64,000 bases of DNA from Candidatus Latescibacterota bacterium (lineage in GTDB: Bacteria > Latescibacterota > UBA2968 > GCA-2709665). The notes beneath the pieces were generated by a model. It searched no databases. It was not told where the DNA came from and saw only the letters and a list, made by a program, of their open reading frames with translations. The DNA is taken from NCBI GenBank assembly GCA_965237675.1, contig OZ250150.1:1184001-1248000 (forward strand), in the 5' to 3' direction. Shown here piece after piece: positions 1 through 8,591 of the stretch (within the stretch, counting starts at the first letter, position 1; every line of letters begins with the position of its first letter). A program made the translations under genes and the position numbers.

Positions 1-1
1 C

Positions 2-1627
2 GATCAACCATGGTGCAATGGACGCGTGGGGATGCTGGGAACGTCATACAGCGGATTCACGGCGCTGCAGGTTGCGGCCACGGCGCCGCCCGCGTTGAAG
101 GCGATTGCGCCGGCCTACTTTACGGACAGACGATATACGGACGACTGTCACTACAAGGGCGGGTGCCTGCGCGGCTTTTACGATATGTTGACCTACGGCC
201 TGAACATGGTGGCGCGCAATGGGCTGCCCCCGTTTCGCGAGGCCGTCGGTGAGCTTTGGAGCGAACTCTGGCAGCAGCGGCTTGAGCAGAACGAGCCCTA
301 TCTGCTGAAGTGGATTTCCCATCCCGTGGAGGATGACTATTGGGCGGTGGGATCAATTTCGGGGCGGTACGATCGAATCCGGGCGGCAGCCCTGTTGATT
401 GGCGGGTGGCACGACGGATACCCCACGCCGCCTCTTCGGGTGTACCGGGCGCTACGGTCGCCCCGGCGTCTGCTGGTGGGGCCGTGGTCTCATTCGTACG
501 GAGATCAGTCACACTGTGGACCCCGAATCGACATCTACTATGAATTACTGCGTTGGTGGGACTGCTGGTTGAAGGAAATGGATAACGGGGTTATGGAAGA
601 ACCCCCTGTACAGATTTATGAGCGGGAATATGAAAAACCCGTGACGGATCGCACCATGATTGCCGGCGGATGGCGGATGGCCGACGATTTGCCTCAGCAG
701 ACCCCAGAGTCTCACTTTCTTCATGCGGGCGCGCTGGCGGCCGGTCCGGCGGCCAGTGCGGGCGAAGCTTCGATACCCTATCTGCCGGCTGCCTGCCGGC
801 ACGGTGGGTTGTGGGACGGTGGGACGCCATTTACGCTGCCGGGAGACCAGCGAGAGGATTCGGCGCGCGCGATCAATTTTCTCTCAGCGCCGCTTGCGGA
901 GCCGGTGTCGATTCTGGGGACGCCGACATTCAGCCTATATATCAGTTCCGATGTGGAAGTGGTACCAGTAGCTGTGCGGCTATTGGAGATTTCACCGGAT
1001 GGGACAAGCGTACTCGTAACAAAGGGAATATTGAATGCGACACGGCGAGAGGGAATGGATCGACCTGTCCCTCTGATTCCGGGCGAGGTTGCTCTGGTTG
1101 CGTTTCATATGGAAGCGACGGCATGTCGATTCAAGAAGGGACACCGAATCGGGATCAGTATCAACGGATCGGATTTTCCAAACGTATGGCCCACGCCGCA
1201 GGCGGGTCGGATCACGGTTCACTGGGGACCGGAATACCCGTCGAAGATCTCGTTGCCGGTATGGAACGGCGGACGCGATCCGGAATTTGCGTATTCCCCT
1301 TCGCCGCATGCCGCCAGGCCGACGGGGTCGGGCGACGCGCCCTGGCAGGTGGTGCACGATGTGCTGGAAGACAGGTACCGTTTCCTTCTGTTCGGCGGAG
1401 AAGGAGAGATGGGGGTGTCGAACCGAACGCCGGCAGAGGCCTGGTCTCGTTCGAAAAAGCAGGCGACGGTGGCGTGGCCGGGGTGCAAGGTGCGTTCCGA
1501 AGCGACCGGATCGCTGACAAGCAACGCGGATTGTTTTGTGATGAATCTGGGTCTGAACGTATATTTGAACGGTGATTTGTATTTTCGGAAGCGGTGGAGC
1601 CGGACCGTCAAGAGGCTGTTCTTGTAA
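2..1627 (+). CDS. CocE/NonD family hydrolase (peptidase S15), 5' end outside the window
   Basis: Frame is open from base 2 (DQPWCNGRVGMLGTSYSG, the GxSYxG nucleophile elbow); GGWHD and GPWSH catalytic Asp/His motifs; PepX_C-like C-terminal region. Confidence 0.9.
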   Translation, partial: DQPWCNGRVGMLGTSYSGFTALQVAATAPPALKAIAPAYFTDRRYTDDCHYKGGCLRGFYDMLTYGLNMVARNGLPPFREAVGELWSELWQQRLEQNEPYLLKWISHPVEDDYWAVGSISGRYDRIRAAALLIGGWHDGYPTPPLRVYRALRSPRRLLVGPWSHSYGDQSHCGPRIDIYYELLRWWDCWLKEMDNGVMEEPPVQIYEREYEKPVTDRTMIAGGWRMADDLPQQTPESHFLHAGALAAGPAASAGEASIPYLPAACRHGGLWDGGTPFTLPGDQREDSARAINFLSAPLAEPVSILGTPTFSLYISSDVEVVPVAVRLLEISPDGTSVLVTKGILNATRREGMDRPVPLIPGEVALVAFHMEATACRFKKGHRIGISINGSDFPNVWPTPQAGRITVHWGPEYPSKISLPVWNGGRDPEFAYSPSPHAARPTGSGDAPWQVVHDVLEDRYRFLLFGGEGEMGVSNRTPAEAWSRSKKQATVAWPGCKVRSEATGSLTSNADCFVMNLGLNVYLNGDLYFRKRWSRTVKRLFL

Positions 1628-1725
1628 GGAACCGGTGCGCGAACTCCGATGGCGATGTCAGTTCATGGTGCCGCAGGGGTTGAGGCGCCGGAAAAATCAG
1701 AGATTTACTTCCTCGGGAGATCCGT

Positions 1726-2802
1726 ATGCGGGTGGTATTCTACTGGGGCAGGGCGGGGCTTGGGTTCGAAAAAAACAACCCTTACGGCCCGTTACTCGCC
1801 AGGGAGATGACCGGACTCGGGGTGGATGTGGAAGCCGGATATGATGAGGATTTGAGCGAATCGTGGTTGATGGACAATCGTGGACGGGTGGACGTACTGC
1901 ATCTGCATTGGCCGTCCTATATGTACAACACGGCCGAAATGGGCGAGAGCATCAGAAGGTGCGCGAAGCTGATCGGCCATCTTGCCCACGCGCGATTCCT
2001 GGGTTACAGGGTTGTGTGGACGGTTCATAATTTGTATCCACACGAATGTCCCCATCCGGGCCTGGATCGTCTGGCGAGGCTGGCGATAACGCAGCTTGCG
2101 ACGGCCTTGATTGTGCATTGTGAGTACGGACGCGGGCAGGTGGCGGCGCACTTTCACCGGACGGACGGCATTTTTACAATTCCCCATGGCCATTTTATAG
2201 ACGCGTACGAGAATTCGACGTCGCGCGTCGAGGCCAGGAGAAAAATGGGGATTACCGGGGACGGGTTCGTGTATCTGTTTTTCGGAAACGTGAAACGCTA
2301 CAAGGGCGTCGAGCGGCTGCTCGAGGTTTTTTCCCGGCTTCCGGGCGAACATTTGAGGTTGCTCCTGGCCGCAAAGTTGAACAGCGAATACAGCGCGCAG
2401 TTGATCGCGCAGGCCCGCACCGGCGATCCGAGAATTCTGGCGCATACGGCGGAATTCTTCCCGGACGAGGAACTCCAGCTTTTCTTTAACGCGGCGGACG
2501 TTATGGTGCTGCCCTTCGTGGATATGCTGACTTCCGGATCGGCGATAACGGCGATGTCTTTCGCGCGTCCGGTAATCGCGCCTGGCATCGGCTGTCTTCC
2601 TGAACTGTTGGACGATAACTCCGGAATCATATACGACGCAAAGGAGAGGAATGGCCTGAGGCGGGCAATGGAGGAAATCCGGGAGCGGGACATGGCGGCC
2701 TGCTCGGAAAGCGCGTTTCAGCGGGCAAAGGCGTTGTCATGGGAGGCAATAGCGGAGAGGACGCTCGAGGCGTATGAATATGAACCCAATGCCCGAAATT
2801 GA
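1726..2802 (+). CDS. Glycosyltransferase family 4 (GT-B)
   Basis: HLHW, WTVHN, FFGNVKRYKG and ADVMVLPF...SGS..AMSFARPVI motifs; GGGAGA RBS. Confidence 0.85.
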   Translation: MRVVFYWGRAGLGFEKNNPYGPLLAREMTGLGVDVEAGYDEDLSESWLMDNRGRVDVLHLHWPSYMYNTAEMGESIRRCAKLIGHLAHARFLGYRVVWTVHNLYPHECPHPGLDRLARLAITQLATALIVHCEYGRGQVAAHFHRTDGIFTIPHGHFIDAYENSTSRVEARRKMGITGDGFVYLFFGNVKRYKGVERLLEVFSRLPGEHLRLLLAAKLNSEYSAQLIAQARTGDPRILAHTAEFFPDEELQLFFNAADVMVLPFVDMLTSGSAITAMSFARPVIAPGIGCLPELLDDNSGIIYDAKERNGLRRAMEEIRERDMAACSESAFQRAKALSWEAIAERTLEAYEYEPNARN

Positions 2803-2808
2803 GAAAGA

Positions 2809-3639
2809 ATGGCAATGGCGGGTATGACGTTTGTGATGCTGGGCAGCGGCGCGGTCCGGGACAACCCGCGTCGAGCCGGTCCGGCGCAGATGCTTCGGAT
2901 CGGAGACGAGGTGTTGATGTTCGACTGCGGGCGGAGCGCCAGTACGAACCTGGCGCGTGCGGGTGTGGGATGTGAGGAGGTGGATCGGTTGTTTTTGACG
3001 CACCTGCACTTCGATCACATTGTCGATTTGCCCTATCTGGTCTTCGTGGGGTGGGTGAAGGTGCGGAAACGTCGATTGAAGATATATGGACCGGTGGGCA
3101 CACGGAAATTCGTGGAGCGAATCATCCGGCCGCCCTTTCAACAGGACATAAGCAGCCGGCTGAGCCACGGAAAGGACATTCAGCCGCTCGACCCGGAGGT
3201 GGCCGAGGTGGACGGAAAACACTGTTTTCTGGAACTCGCGGATTACAGGATTTCCGCCACGTTTACGGACCACGGGAATATTCCGACCCTGGCCTACCGG
3301 GTGGATGCGGGCGATCGTCGGGTGGTCATAACGGGAGATGGAACGCCCGATGAGGACTTTCCGGAATTCTGTAAAGGCGCGGACCTCCTCGCCATCGAGT
3401 GTTCGGGCACGCCGGAGTTCCTGGCGATGCAGCCGTGGGGTGCCTGGCACATCGCGCCCGCGGATATTGCGAATATCGCGCGGAAGGCGGAAGTAAAGCG
3501 AGTGATGATCAAACACCTTGTGATTGAAGACATCACGGGAGACCGGACGTCGCCCTACCAGATGGCGGACCAGATCAGAAGCGGATTTGGGGGCGACGTG
3601 ATGGTGGCTGAGGACGGGCTGGTCGTTGAGATTGAATAA
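2809..3639 (+). CDS. MBL-fold metallohydrolase (RNase Z/AtsA-like)
   Basis: LGSG, FDCG, THLHFDH (HxHxDH), TGD, WH and KH motifs. Confidence 0.85.
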   Translation: MAMAGMTFVMLGSGAVRDNPRRAGPAQMLRIGDEVLMFDCGRSASTNLARAGVGCEEVDRLFLTHLHFDHIVDLPYLVFVGWVKVRKRRLKIYGPVGTRKFVERIIRPPFQQDISSRLSHGKDIQPLDPEVAEVDGKHCFLELADYRISATFTDHGNIPTLAYRVDAGDRRVVITGDGTPDEDFPEFCKGADLLAIECSGTPEFLAMQPWGAWHIAPADIANIARKAEVKRVMIKHLVIEDITGDRTSPYQMADQIRSGFGGDVMVAEDGLVVEIE

Positions 3640-3650
3640 ATGCCTGCGGC

Positions 3651-3861
3651 CTAGCCGGAAATAGATTGCCAGAATTCGGCCGACGAGTCGCCCGGCTCGC
3701 AAGGCGGCTGCGACCTGCGCAAAGTCGGCGAGTGAAGGCACTTCGACAAGCTCAGCGCAAGCAACGCAGCGAGACGGGATGAACCGGCGCCTGCCTGTGC
3801 GTGCTGCCACACGCACGCAGACAGGGATGAATCGTGACAACTTTCTGGGACGGGACACTAG
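3651..3861. mobile_element. MITE-like element, CTAG-bounded, carrying nested REP-like palindromes (long copy)
   Basis: Shares ccggaaatagattgcc...gagtcgcccggctcgcaaggcg and cacgcacgcagacaggga with 33877-33989; ends gggacgggacactag; contains cttcgacaagctcagcgcaagc and cctgcctgtgcgtg..cacgcacgcagacagg. Confidence 0.7.
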
Positions 3862-3911
3862 ATGTACGGTAGACGTTCGGGATCCTTTATAATCCAGCGA
3901 GGAGGGATGGA

Positions 3912-4661
3912 ATGACGATTGTGGACGGCCATGTGCACGTGGGGTTGACCAAGTACGTCGCCGTTGAAGTGCTGTTGGCGCAGATGGATTCAGCCGGCAT
4001 CGACAAGGCACTGCTGGTGCAGTACGGAGGATGTCACGACAACGCCTATTTAAAGAACTGTATGGACCGTTTTCCGGGCCGATTCGCATCTCTGGGAGCC
4101 GTGGACTACGATGCCGCAGACGCAGGAGAGCAGATCCGGCGGGAAGTGACCGAGTTCGGTCTCGCGGGATTGCGAATTCCGGCTTCGGTCCAAAACGAGG
4201 CGGTGTGGGAAGCCGTGGGCGAGCTGGGCATTATGGCCAGTTTGAGCGGAGGGATAGCAAACATACTTCATCCCCGCGTGGCGGAGTACATTCATCGGTA
4301 TCCGCGCGCGATGTTTCGTATCGAGCACATGGGATGGTTTCCCGATGTGGAAAAGACACCGGATGAGCCGGATTATGAACGATTGATGGGGTACGCAGCT
4401 TATGAAAACACGGTTTTTATGCTATCGGGATTCTACGCGTTCGGGAAGGGATATCCCTACAACGAGGCCGTGCCGTTCATCGAACGTGCGCTGGAGCGGT
4501 TCGGTGCGGAGCGGATGATGTGGGGGAGCGATTTCCCGCCCGTGAGTCTTCACGAAACCTGCGAAATGGCGGTGAATATGCCCCGCCGCTGGACGTTCCT
4601 GTCTGAAAACGAACTTGAATGGATCATGGGCCGGACGGCCCAGAAGCTTTTTGATTTCTAA
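3912..4661 (+). CDS. Amidohydrolase family protein (Amidohydro_2, lactonase-like)
   Basis: DGHVH, EHMG and MWGSDFP motifs; GAGGAGG RBS. Confidence 0.85.
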   Translation: MTIVDGHVHVGLTKYVAVEVLLAQMDSAGIDKALLVQYGGCHDNAYLKNCMDRFPGRFASLGAVDYDAADAGEQIRREVTEFGLAGLRIPASVQNEAVWEAVGELGIMASLSGGIANILHPRVAEYIHRYPRAMFRIEHMGWFPDVEKTPDEPDYERLMGYAAYENTVFMLSGFYAFGKGYPYNEAVPFIERALERFGAERMMWGSDFPPVSLHETCEMAVNMPRRWTFLSENELEWIMGRTAQKLFDF

Positions 4662-4723
4662 AATCCGCCATGCGCGCCGGGGAAGCGAGCAGCGAAGATC
4701 GATCGATATTGAAAGGGGTCTGG

Positions 4724-6448
4724 ATGCGGTACAGCAGCTTGTTTACTCAGACACTCCGGGAGGCGCCGGCCGACGCCGAATTGGCCAGCCACCAACTGTC
4801 GTTACGGGCTGGGCTGATCCGTCCGCTGGCAGCGGGCATTTTCAGCGCATTGCCACTGGGGCTCCGGGTCGCGCGGAAGATCGAGGCGATTTTTCGGGAA
4901 GAGATGGCTGCAATCGACTGCGTGGAACTGCTGATGCCGATCGTGCAGCCCGCGGAGTTGTGGCGGGAGAGTGGTCGGTGGAACGAGGTGGGTCCGGAAA
5001 TGCTGCGCATGGAAGATCGATCGGATCGGGAAATGTGTCTGGCCATGACCCACGAAGAGGCGGTAACGGATCTGGCGCGGCAACTGATTCGGAGCTATCG
5101 CCAGGTGCCGTTGTGCGTGTTTCAGATTCAGACGAAGTTCCGCGACGAGCCACGGAGCCGGGGAGGTCTGATTCGCGTGCGGGAATTCACGATGAAGGAC
5201 GCGTACAGCTTCGACCTGGACGAATCCGGCCTGGAGTCGGTCTATCGGGATATGTACCGGGCCTATGAGAATATTTTTCGGCGCGTCGGCCTGGCGGATA
5301 GCGTGGTGTCGGTTGAAAGTGACACGGGCATGATGGGCGGAACCGGGGCGGACGAGTTCATGTATTTGAATCCGGTGGGTGAGGATACGCTGCTCATCTG
5401 CGACGGGTGCGGGTACCGCGCGAACCGGCAGATTGCCGTGTATAGAAGAGAGGACGCGATTCGGGAAACACCGGAACCGCTTCAGGAAGTTGAAACACCG
5501 GGATGCACGACGATTGAGGAACTGGCACGATTTCTGAAGATTCCCGCGAGCCGGACCGCCAAGGCGGTGTTTATGGCAGGTTCCATTCAAGGAGACGAAC
5601 GGTTCATTTTCGCGTTGGTGCGAGGGGACCACGAACTGAGCGAAACGAAATTGGCCAACGCGGCCGGCGCCGTGGACATGCGCCCGGCGACAGAGGAAGA
5701 AATCCGGGCGATCGGCGCGGAACCGGGGTACGGATCCCCGATCGGCATTGCGGACGATGCGCTGGTGATTGTGGATGACCTGGTGGCGGCATCCGGCAAC
5801 CTGGTGTCCGGCGCGAATAAAGTGGATTCTCACTATCTGAACGTGAATGAGGGTAGGGATTTCAAGGCGGACGTCGTCACCGATCTGGTGGCGGTGGAGG
5901 CGGGGATGCCGTGCGCCTCGTGTGGCGCCGCGCTTCGATCGACACGTGGGGTCGAGGTGGGGAATATATTCAAGCTGGGCACAAGGTACAGCGAGAAACT
6001 GGGGGCGACCGTCCTGGGCGAGGACGGCAGAGCCAGGGCGCTGGTGATGGGATCCTACGGGATCGGCGTCGGGCGACTGCTGGCGTGCGTGATCGAGGCG
6101 CACCACGACGATCAGGGTATCATCTGGCCGTTATCGGTCTCGCCGTTCCATGTCCATATCGTGGTGCTCTCGGGCAATCGGCCTAAGGGAGAGCTGGAGG
6201 CGGCGGAGCGGATCTGTCGGGACCTGGAGGCGGAGGATATAGAGGTCTTGCTGGATGACCGCGACGAGCGGGCGGGTGTGAAGTTCAACGATGCGGATCT
6301 GATCGGCATCCCAATTCGGATTACGGTGGGCTCGAGGGGGTTGGCAAAAGGCGAGGCGGAGGTAAAAATGAGGAACGAGCAGGAACGGCAGGACGTTCCG
6401 ATCGAAAAGTTGGTCGGGTTCGTGAACAAGATCGTCCACGACAATTAG
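4724..6448 (+). CDS. proS: Proline--tRNA ligase, bacterial type with INS editing domain
   Basis: LAMTHEE, KFRDEPRSRGGLIRVREF, EVGNIFKLG, MGSYGIG and GVKFNDADLIG motifs; start placed at ATG 4724. Confidence 0.97.
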   Translation: MRYSSLFTQTLREAPADAELASHQLSLRAGLIRPLAAGIFSALPLGLRVARKIEAIFREEMAAIDCVELLMPIVQPAELWRESGRWNEVGPEMLRMEDRSDREMCLAMTHEEAVTDLARQLIRSYRQVPLCVFQIQTKFRDEPRSRGGLIRVREFTMKDAYSFDLDESGLESVYRDMYRAYENIFRRVGLADSVVSVESDTGMMGGTGADEFMYLNPVGEDTLLICDGCGYRANRQIAVYRREDAIRETPEPLQEVETPGCTTIEELARFLKIPASRTAKAVFMAGSIQGDERFIFALVRGDHELSETKLANAAGAVDMRPATEEEIRAIGAEPGYGSPIGIADDALVIVDDLVAASGNLVSGANKVDSHYLNVNEGRDFKADVVTDLVAVEAGMPCASCGAALRSTRGVEVGNIFKLGTRYSEKLGATVLGEDGRARALVMGSYGIGVGRLLACVIEAHHDDQGIIWPLSVSPFHVHIVVLSGNRPKGELEAAERICRDLEAEDIEVLLDDRDERAGVKFNDADLIGIPIRITVGSRGLAKGEAEVKMRNEQERQDVPIEKLVGFVNKIVHDN

Positions 6449-6523
6449 CCTGTATTCTTCATAAAAAAGGTAGTTTCCTTACCCAAATCATTGTATTTTG
6501 GTGACACAAATCATGTTATAACA

Positions 6524-6892
6524 ATGAATTGGGAGAAAACTACCGTATACGTTCAAGATAATTATGACAGGGTCGCACTTGCAAGTCGGTGCGCCAAGAA
6601 TATGGAAGGCGCCTTCGACGGTCGCGTCCTGACCAGCCAGCCTGTGCGCCTGCCTGCTGCGCCCAACGCGGCGCAGGCAGGTCACCGCAAGCAGGTCGGT
6701 GACAGTGGCACCTTGCTGTCTCGGGAAATGGAAGCCAGAACAGGCGATCTGTCTCAGATGGTTGACGCGCTCAAGCGATACCTCGAAAAAAGGCTTGAAA
6801 GGGTTCACGTCCACTTCCTCAACGGTTCTACAAGCCATTGTGCGGGCGTGGAGATGATGGATTCGCGAAGAGAGCAGCCTGATAGGCTGTGA
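6524..6892 (+). CDS. Hypothetical protein or degenerate ORF containing a nested palindromic repeat
   Basis: Open frame after an AT-rich spacer; no recognised motif; no clear RBS. Confidence 0.3.
   Translation: MNWEKTTVYVQDNYDRVALASRCAKNMEGAFDGRVLTSQPVRLPAAPNAAQAGHRKQVGDSGTLLSREMEARTGDLSQMVDALKRYLEKRLERVHVHFLNGSTSHCAGVEMMDSRREQPDRL
6637..6695. repeat. Nested cctgcctg...caggcagg palindromes
   Basis: Inner cctgcctgc(6649-6657)...gcaggcagg(6673-6681) inside outer ccagcctgtgcg...cgcaagcagg; same family as 3790-3825. Confidence 0.65.
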
Positions 6893-7073
6893 TGTAAACA
6901 TCGAACGAGAGCTTGAAAGGGTGGAGCGGACATTCTTGTCTGCTCACAGACATCAAACCGGAACCTGGGAATCCTGTGTCCCGACACGCCACGACTCGCC
7001 GCCGTCTCCCCCACTGGCAAAACGACGGCGCAATCTATCGGATCACTTCTGTCTGCATTCCGGCAGAAGGACG

Positions 7074-7319
7074 ATGAGAAGGGCAGACAGGAATACCGCT
7101 TATATTAAATTCAACAGTCGCGAACATCGGATTAAGGGCTATTGCGAACTGGCGAACAACGCATCGGTGAGCAGCTTGCCGGGCGGTGTATATATAGTAC
7201 CTGTTCAAGCGTTATCGATTCTGGATGAACAATATATCTCCTATCGACGTGCCTCGGATGACGAGGTTGAGAAGTCTTATGCTCAGATTCGAAATCCTGC
7301 TGCCTCTGAATTACAATGA
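7074..7319 (+). CDS. Small hypothetical protein, first gene of an overlapping two-gene cassette
   Basis: AAGGA RBS before the ATG; 81 aa; its 3' end overlaps the next gene by 41 nt. Confidence 0.6.
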   Translation: MRRADRNTAYIKFNSREHRIKGYCELANNASVSSLPGGVYIVPVQALSILDEQYISYRRASDDEVEKSYAQIRNPAASELQ

Positions 7320-7523
7320 CGGTCGCCGCATTGAAGAGGAGAAATTCATACAGACCGATGAGGATTTCGTGCTCGCGATGAGGATCGGTTGATTCGTATC
7401 CGCATTGATGCAGAAGACACCGGGGAAAACACGAAATTCTTCAGGAAGTACAAGGATACCCTCAAATCTCGTTTTGACCAGCAGGATATTTGGATCACCG
7501 CTCAGTATATCGATGTCATTTGA
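7279..7523 (+). pseudogene. Frameshifted small hypothetical gene (MLRFEILLPLNYNDG...IWITAQYIDVI)
   Basis: First frame stops after 37 codons; a protein-like C-terminal half (EDRLIRIRIDAEDTGENTKFFRKYKDTLKSRFDQQDIWIT) continues in another frame from ~7374, consistent with an internal deletion. Confidence 0.7.
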
Positions 7524-7551
7524 AAAGGCACGGACAGGACGTCCGGCCGGG

Positions 7552-7582
7552 GCCCTGGAGACGCGATCTCCGGGGCTTTTTT
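7552..7582 (+). terminator. Intrinsic terminator between convergent genes
   Basis: gccctggaga-cgcga-tctccggggc hairpin followed by tttttt. Confidence 0.75.
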
Positions 7583-8566
7583 CTATTCATCGAAAGACCT
7601 GAAATGAACGGCCCGTTCCGTGGTAATGGATTCTTCAATGGCTTCGAAGTAGGCGGCGACGTTGAAGGCGTCCAGACCATTTACCGAGGGGGTGGCCCCA
7701 GTCTCGATGCAGCGCGCGAATTCGGCGAGTTCTTCGTACTGTTCGTCAATTCGGTCGAAGGATTCCCTCCGATGGACACCGGGACCGATCAGGGTGACGG
7801 CGTTTTCGTCGTGGCTGTCCCACGTGATTCTGGCCTCGCTGCCTGCAAAGGTGATTTCGTAGCCCAGTTGGGAGACGTACGACGCGCCGATGTAGGAGAG
7901 GCGCCCATCGGCGTAGCGGCCGATAACGGCGCCCAGGTCCGGTGATTCTCCAGCCCCGTCTCTCTTGGACATGAAGGCGGCGATCTTTTCAGGGGCGCCC
8001 ATGATGTGCAGGACAAGGTCGATAAAGACAACGGCCATCTGCGCGAAGGGCAGAAGGGGCGCGTTCCTGATGTGGTACCGCCAATTGTCCGGCGTGAGAT
8101 GATAAGCCGAGGCGCCTCCGACGGATGCTTCGACGGAGTGCAGGGTGCCGACATCGCCGGCGTCCAGACGCTTCTTGAGGTGGGCGATAGCCGGGTTTTT
8201 GCGGAGGTTATGACCGGCCATGCAGGTGAGCCCTTTTTCGCTGGCGAGCCGCATCATTTCGGCGGCTTGCGTGCGGCTGGTCGTGACGGGCACGTTGACG
8301 AAGATGTGTTTACCATGAGCCGCGCAGATCTTGAAGTCATCGTAGTGGCGCGTGTTGGGCGTGGTGATGACGACGCCTTCGACATCGGGGTCGCCCGCCA
8401 GATCTTCAATGCTGGACGCCCGTCTGGCGCCGGAGATACGGGCAACCTCCTCAGCGCGTTCGGTGACGATGTCGAATACGGATACCAGAACCAGGTCCGG
8501 ATTCTTGTCGACGGCCCGCCGGTGGTTTCTGGAGTAGTTTCCCAGACCGATGAATCCGAGGTTCAT
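7583..8566 (-). CDS. Gfo/Idh/MocA family oxidoreductase
   Basis: GFIGLG Rossmann motif, TTPNTRH, GKHIFVNVP (variant of EKP), GHNLR. Confidence 0.85.
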   Translation of the reverse strand: MNLGFIGLGNYSRNHRRAVDKNPDLVLVSVFDIVTERAEEVARISGARRASSIEDLAGDPDVEGVVITTPNTRHYDDFKICAAHGKHIFVNVPVTTSRTQAAEMMRLASEKGLTCMAGHNLRKNPAIAHLKKRLDAGDVGTLHSVEASVGGASAYHLTPDNWRYHIRNAPLLPFAQMAVVFIDLVLHIMGAPEKIAAFMSKRDGAGESPDLGAVIGRYADGRLSYIGASYVSQLGYEITFAGSEARITWDSHDENAVTLIGPGVHRRESFDRIDEQYEELAEFARCIETGATPSVNGLDAFNVAAYFEAIEESITTERAVHFRSFDE

Positions 8567-8591
8567 GGCTGGACCTGCCGACAGGACATCT

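Noticed and set aside
2737-4089. 450-aa antisense ORF, representative of many long shadow ORFs (e.g. 4802-6106, 33791-35113, 43002-44438, 50516-52090, 60697-61896)
   Set aside because: They overlap well-supported genes, are Arg/Pro-rich or antisense-frame artefacts of high GC, and have no motifs
7279-7523. Programmed frameshift or selenocysteine readthrough explaining the split genes (also 29028-29391)
   Set aside because: No slippery sequence or SECIS-like hairpin, and coding sequence appears to be missing rather than shifted
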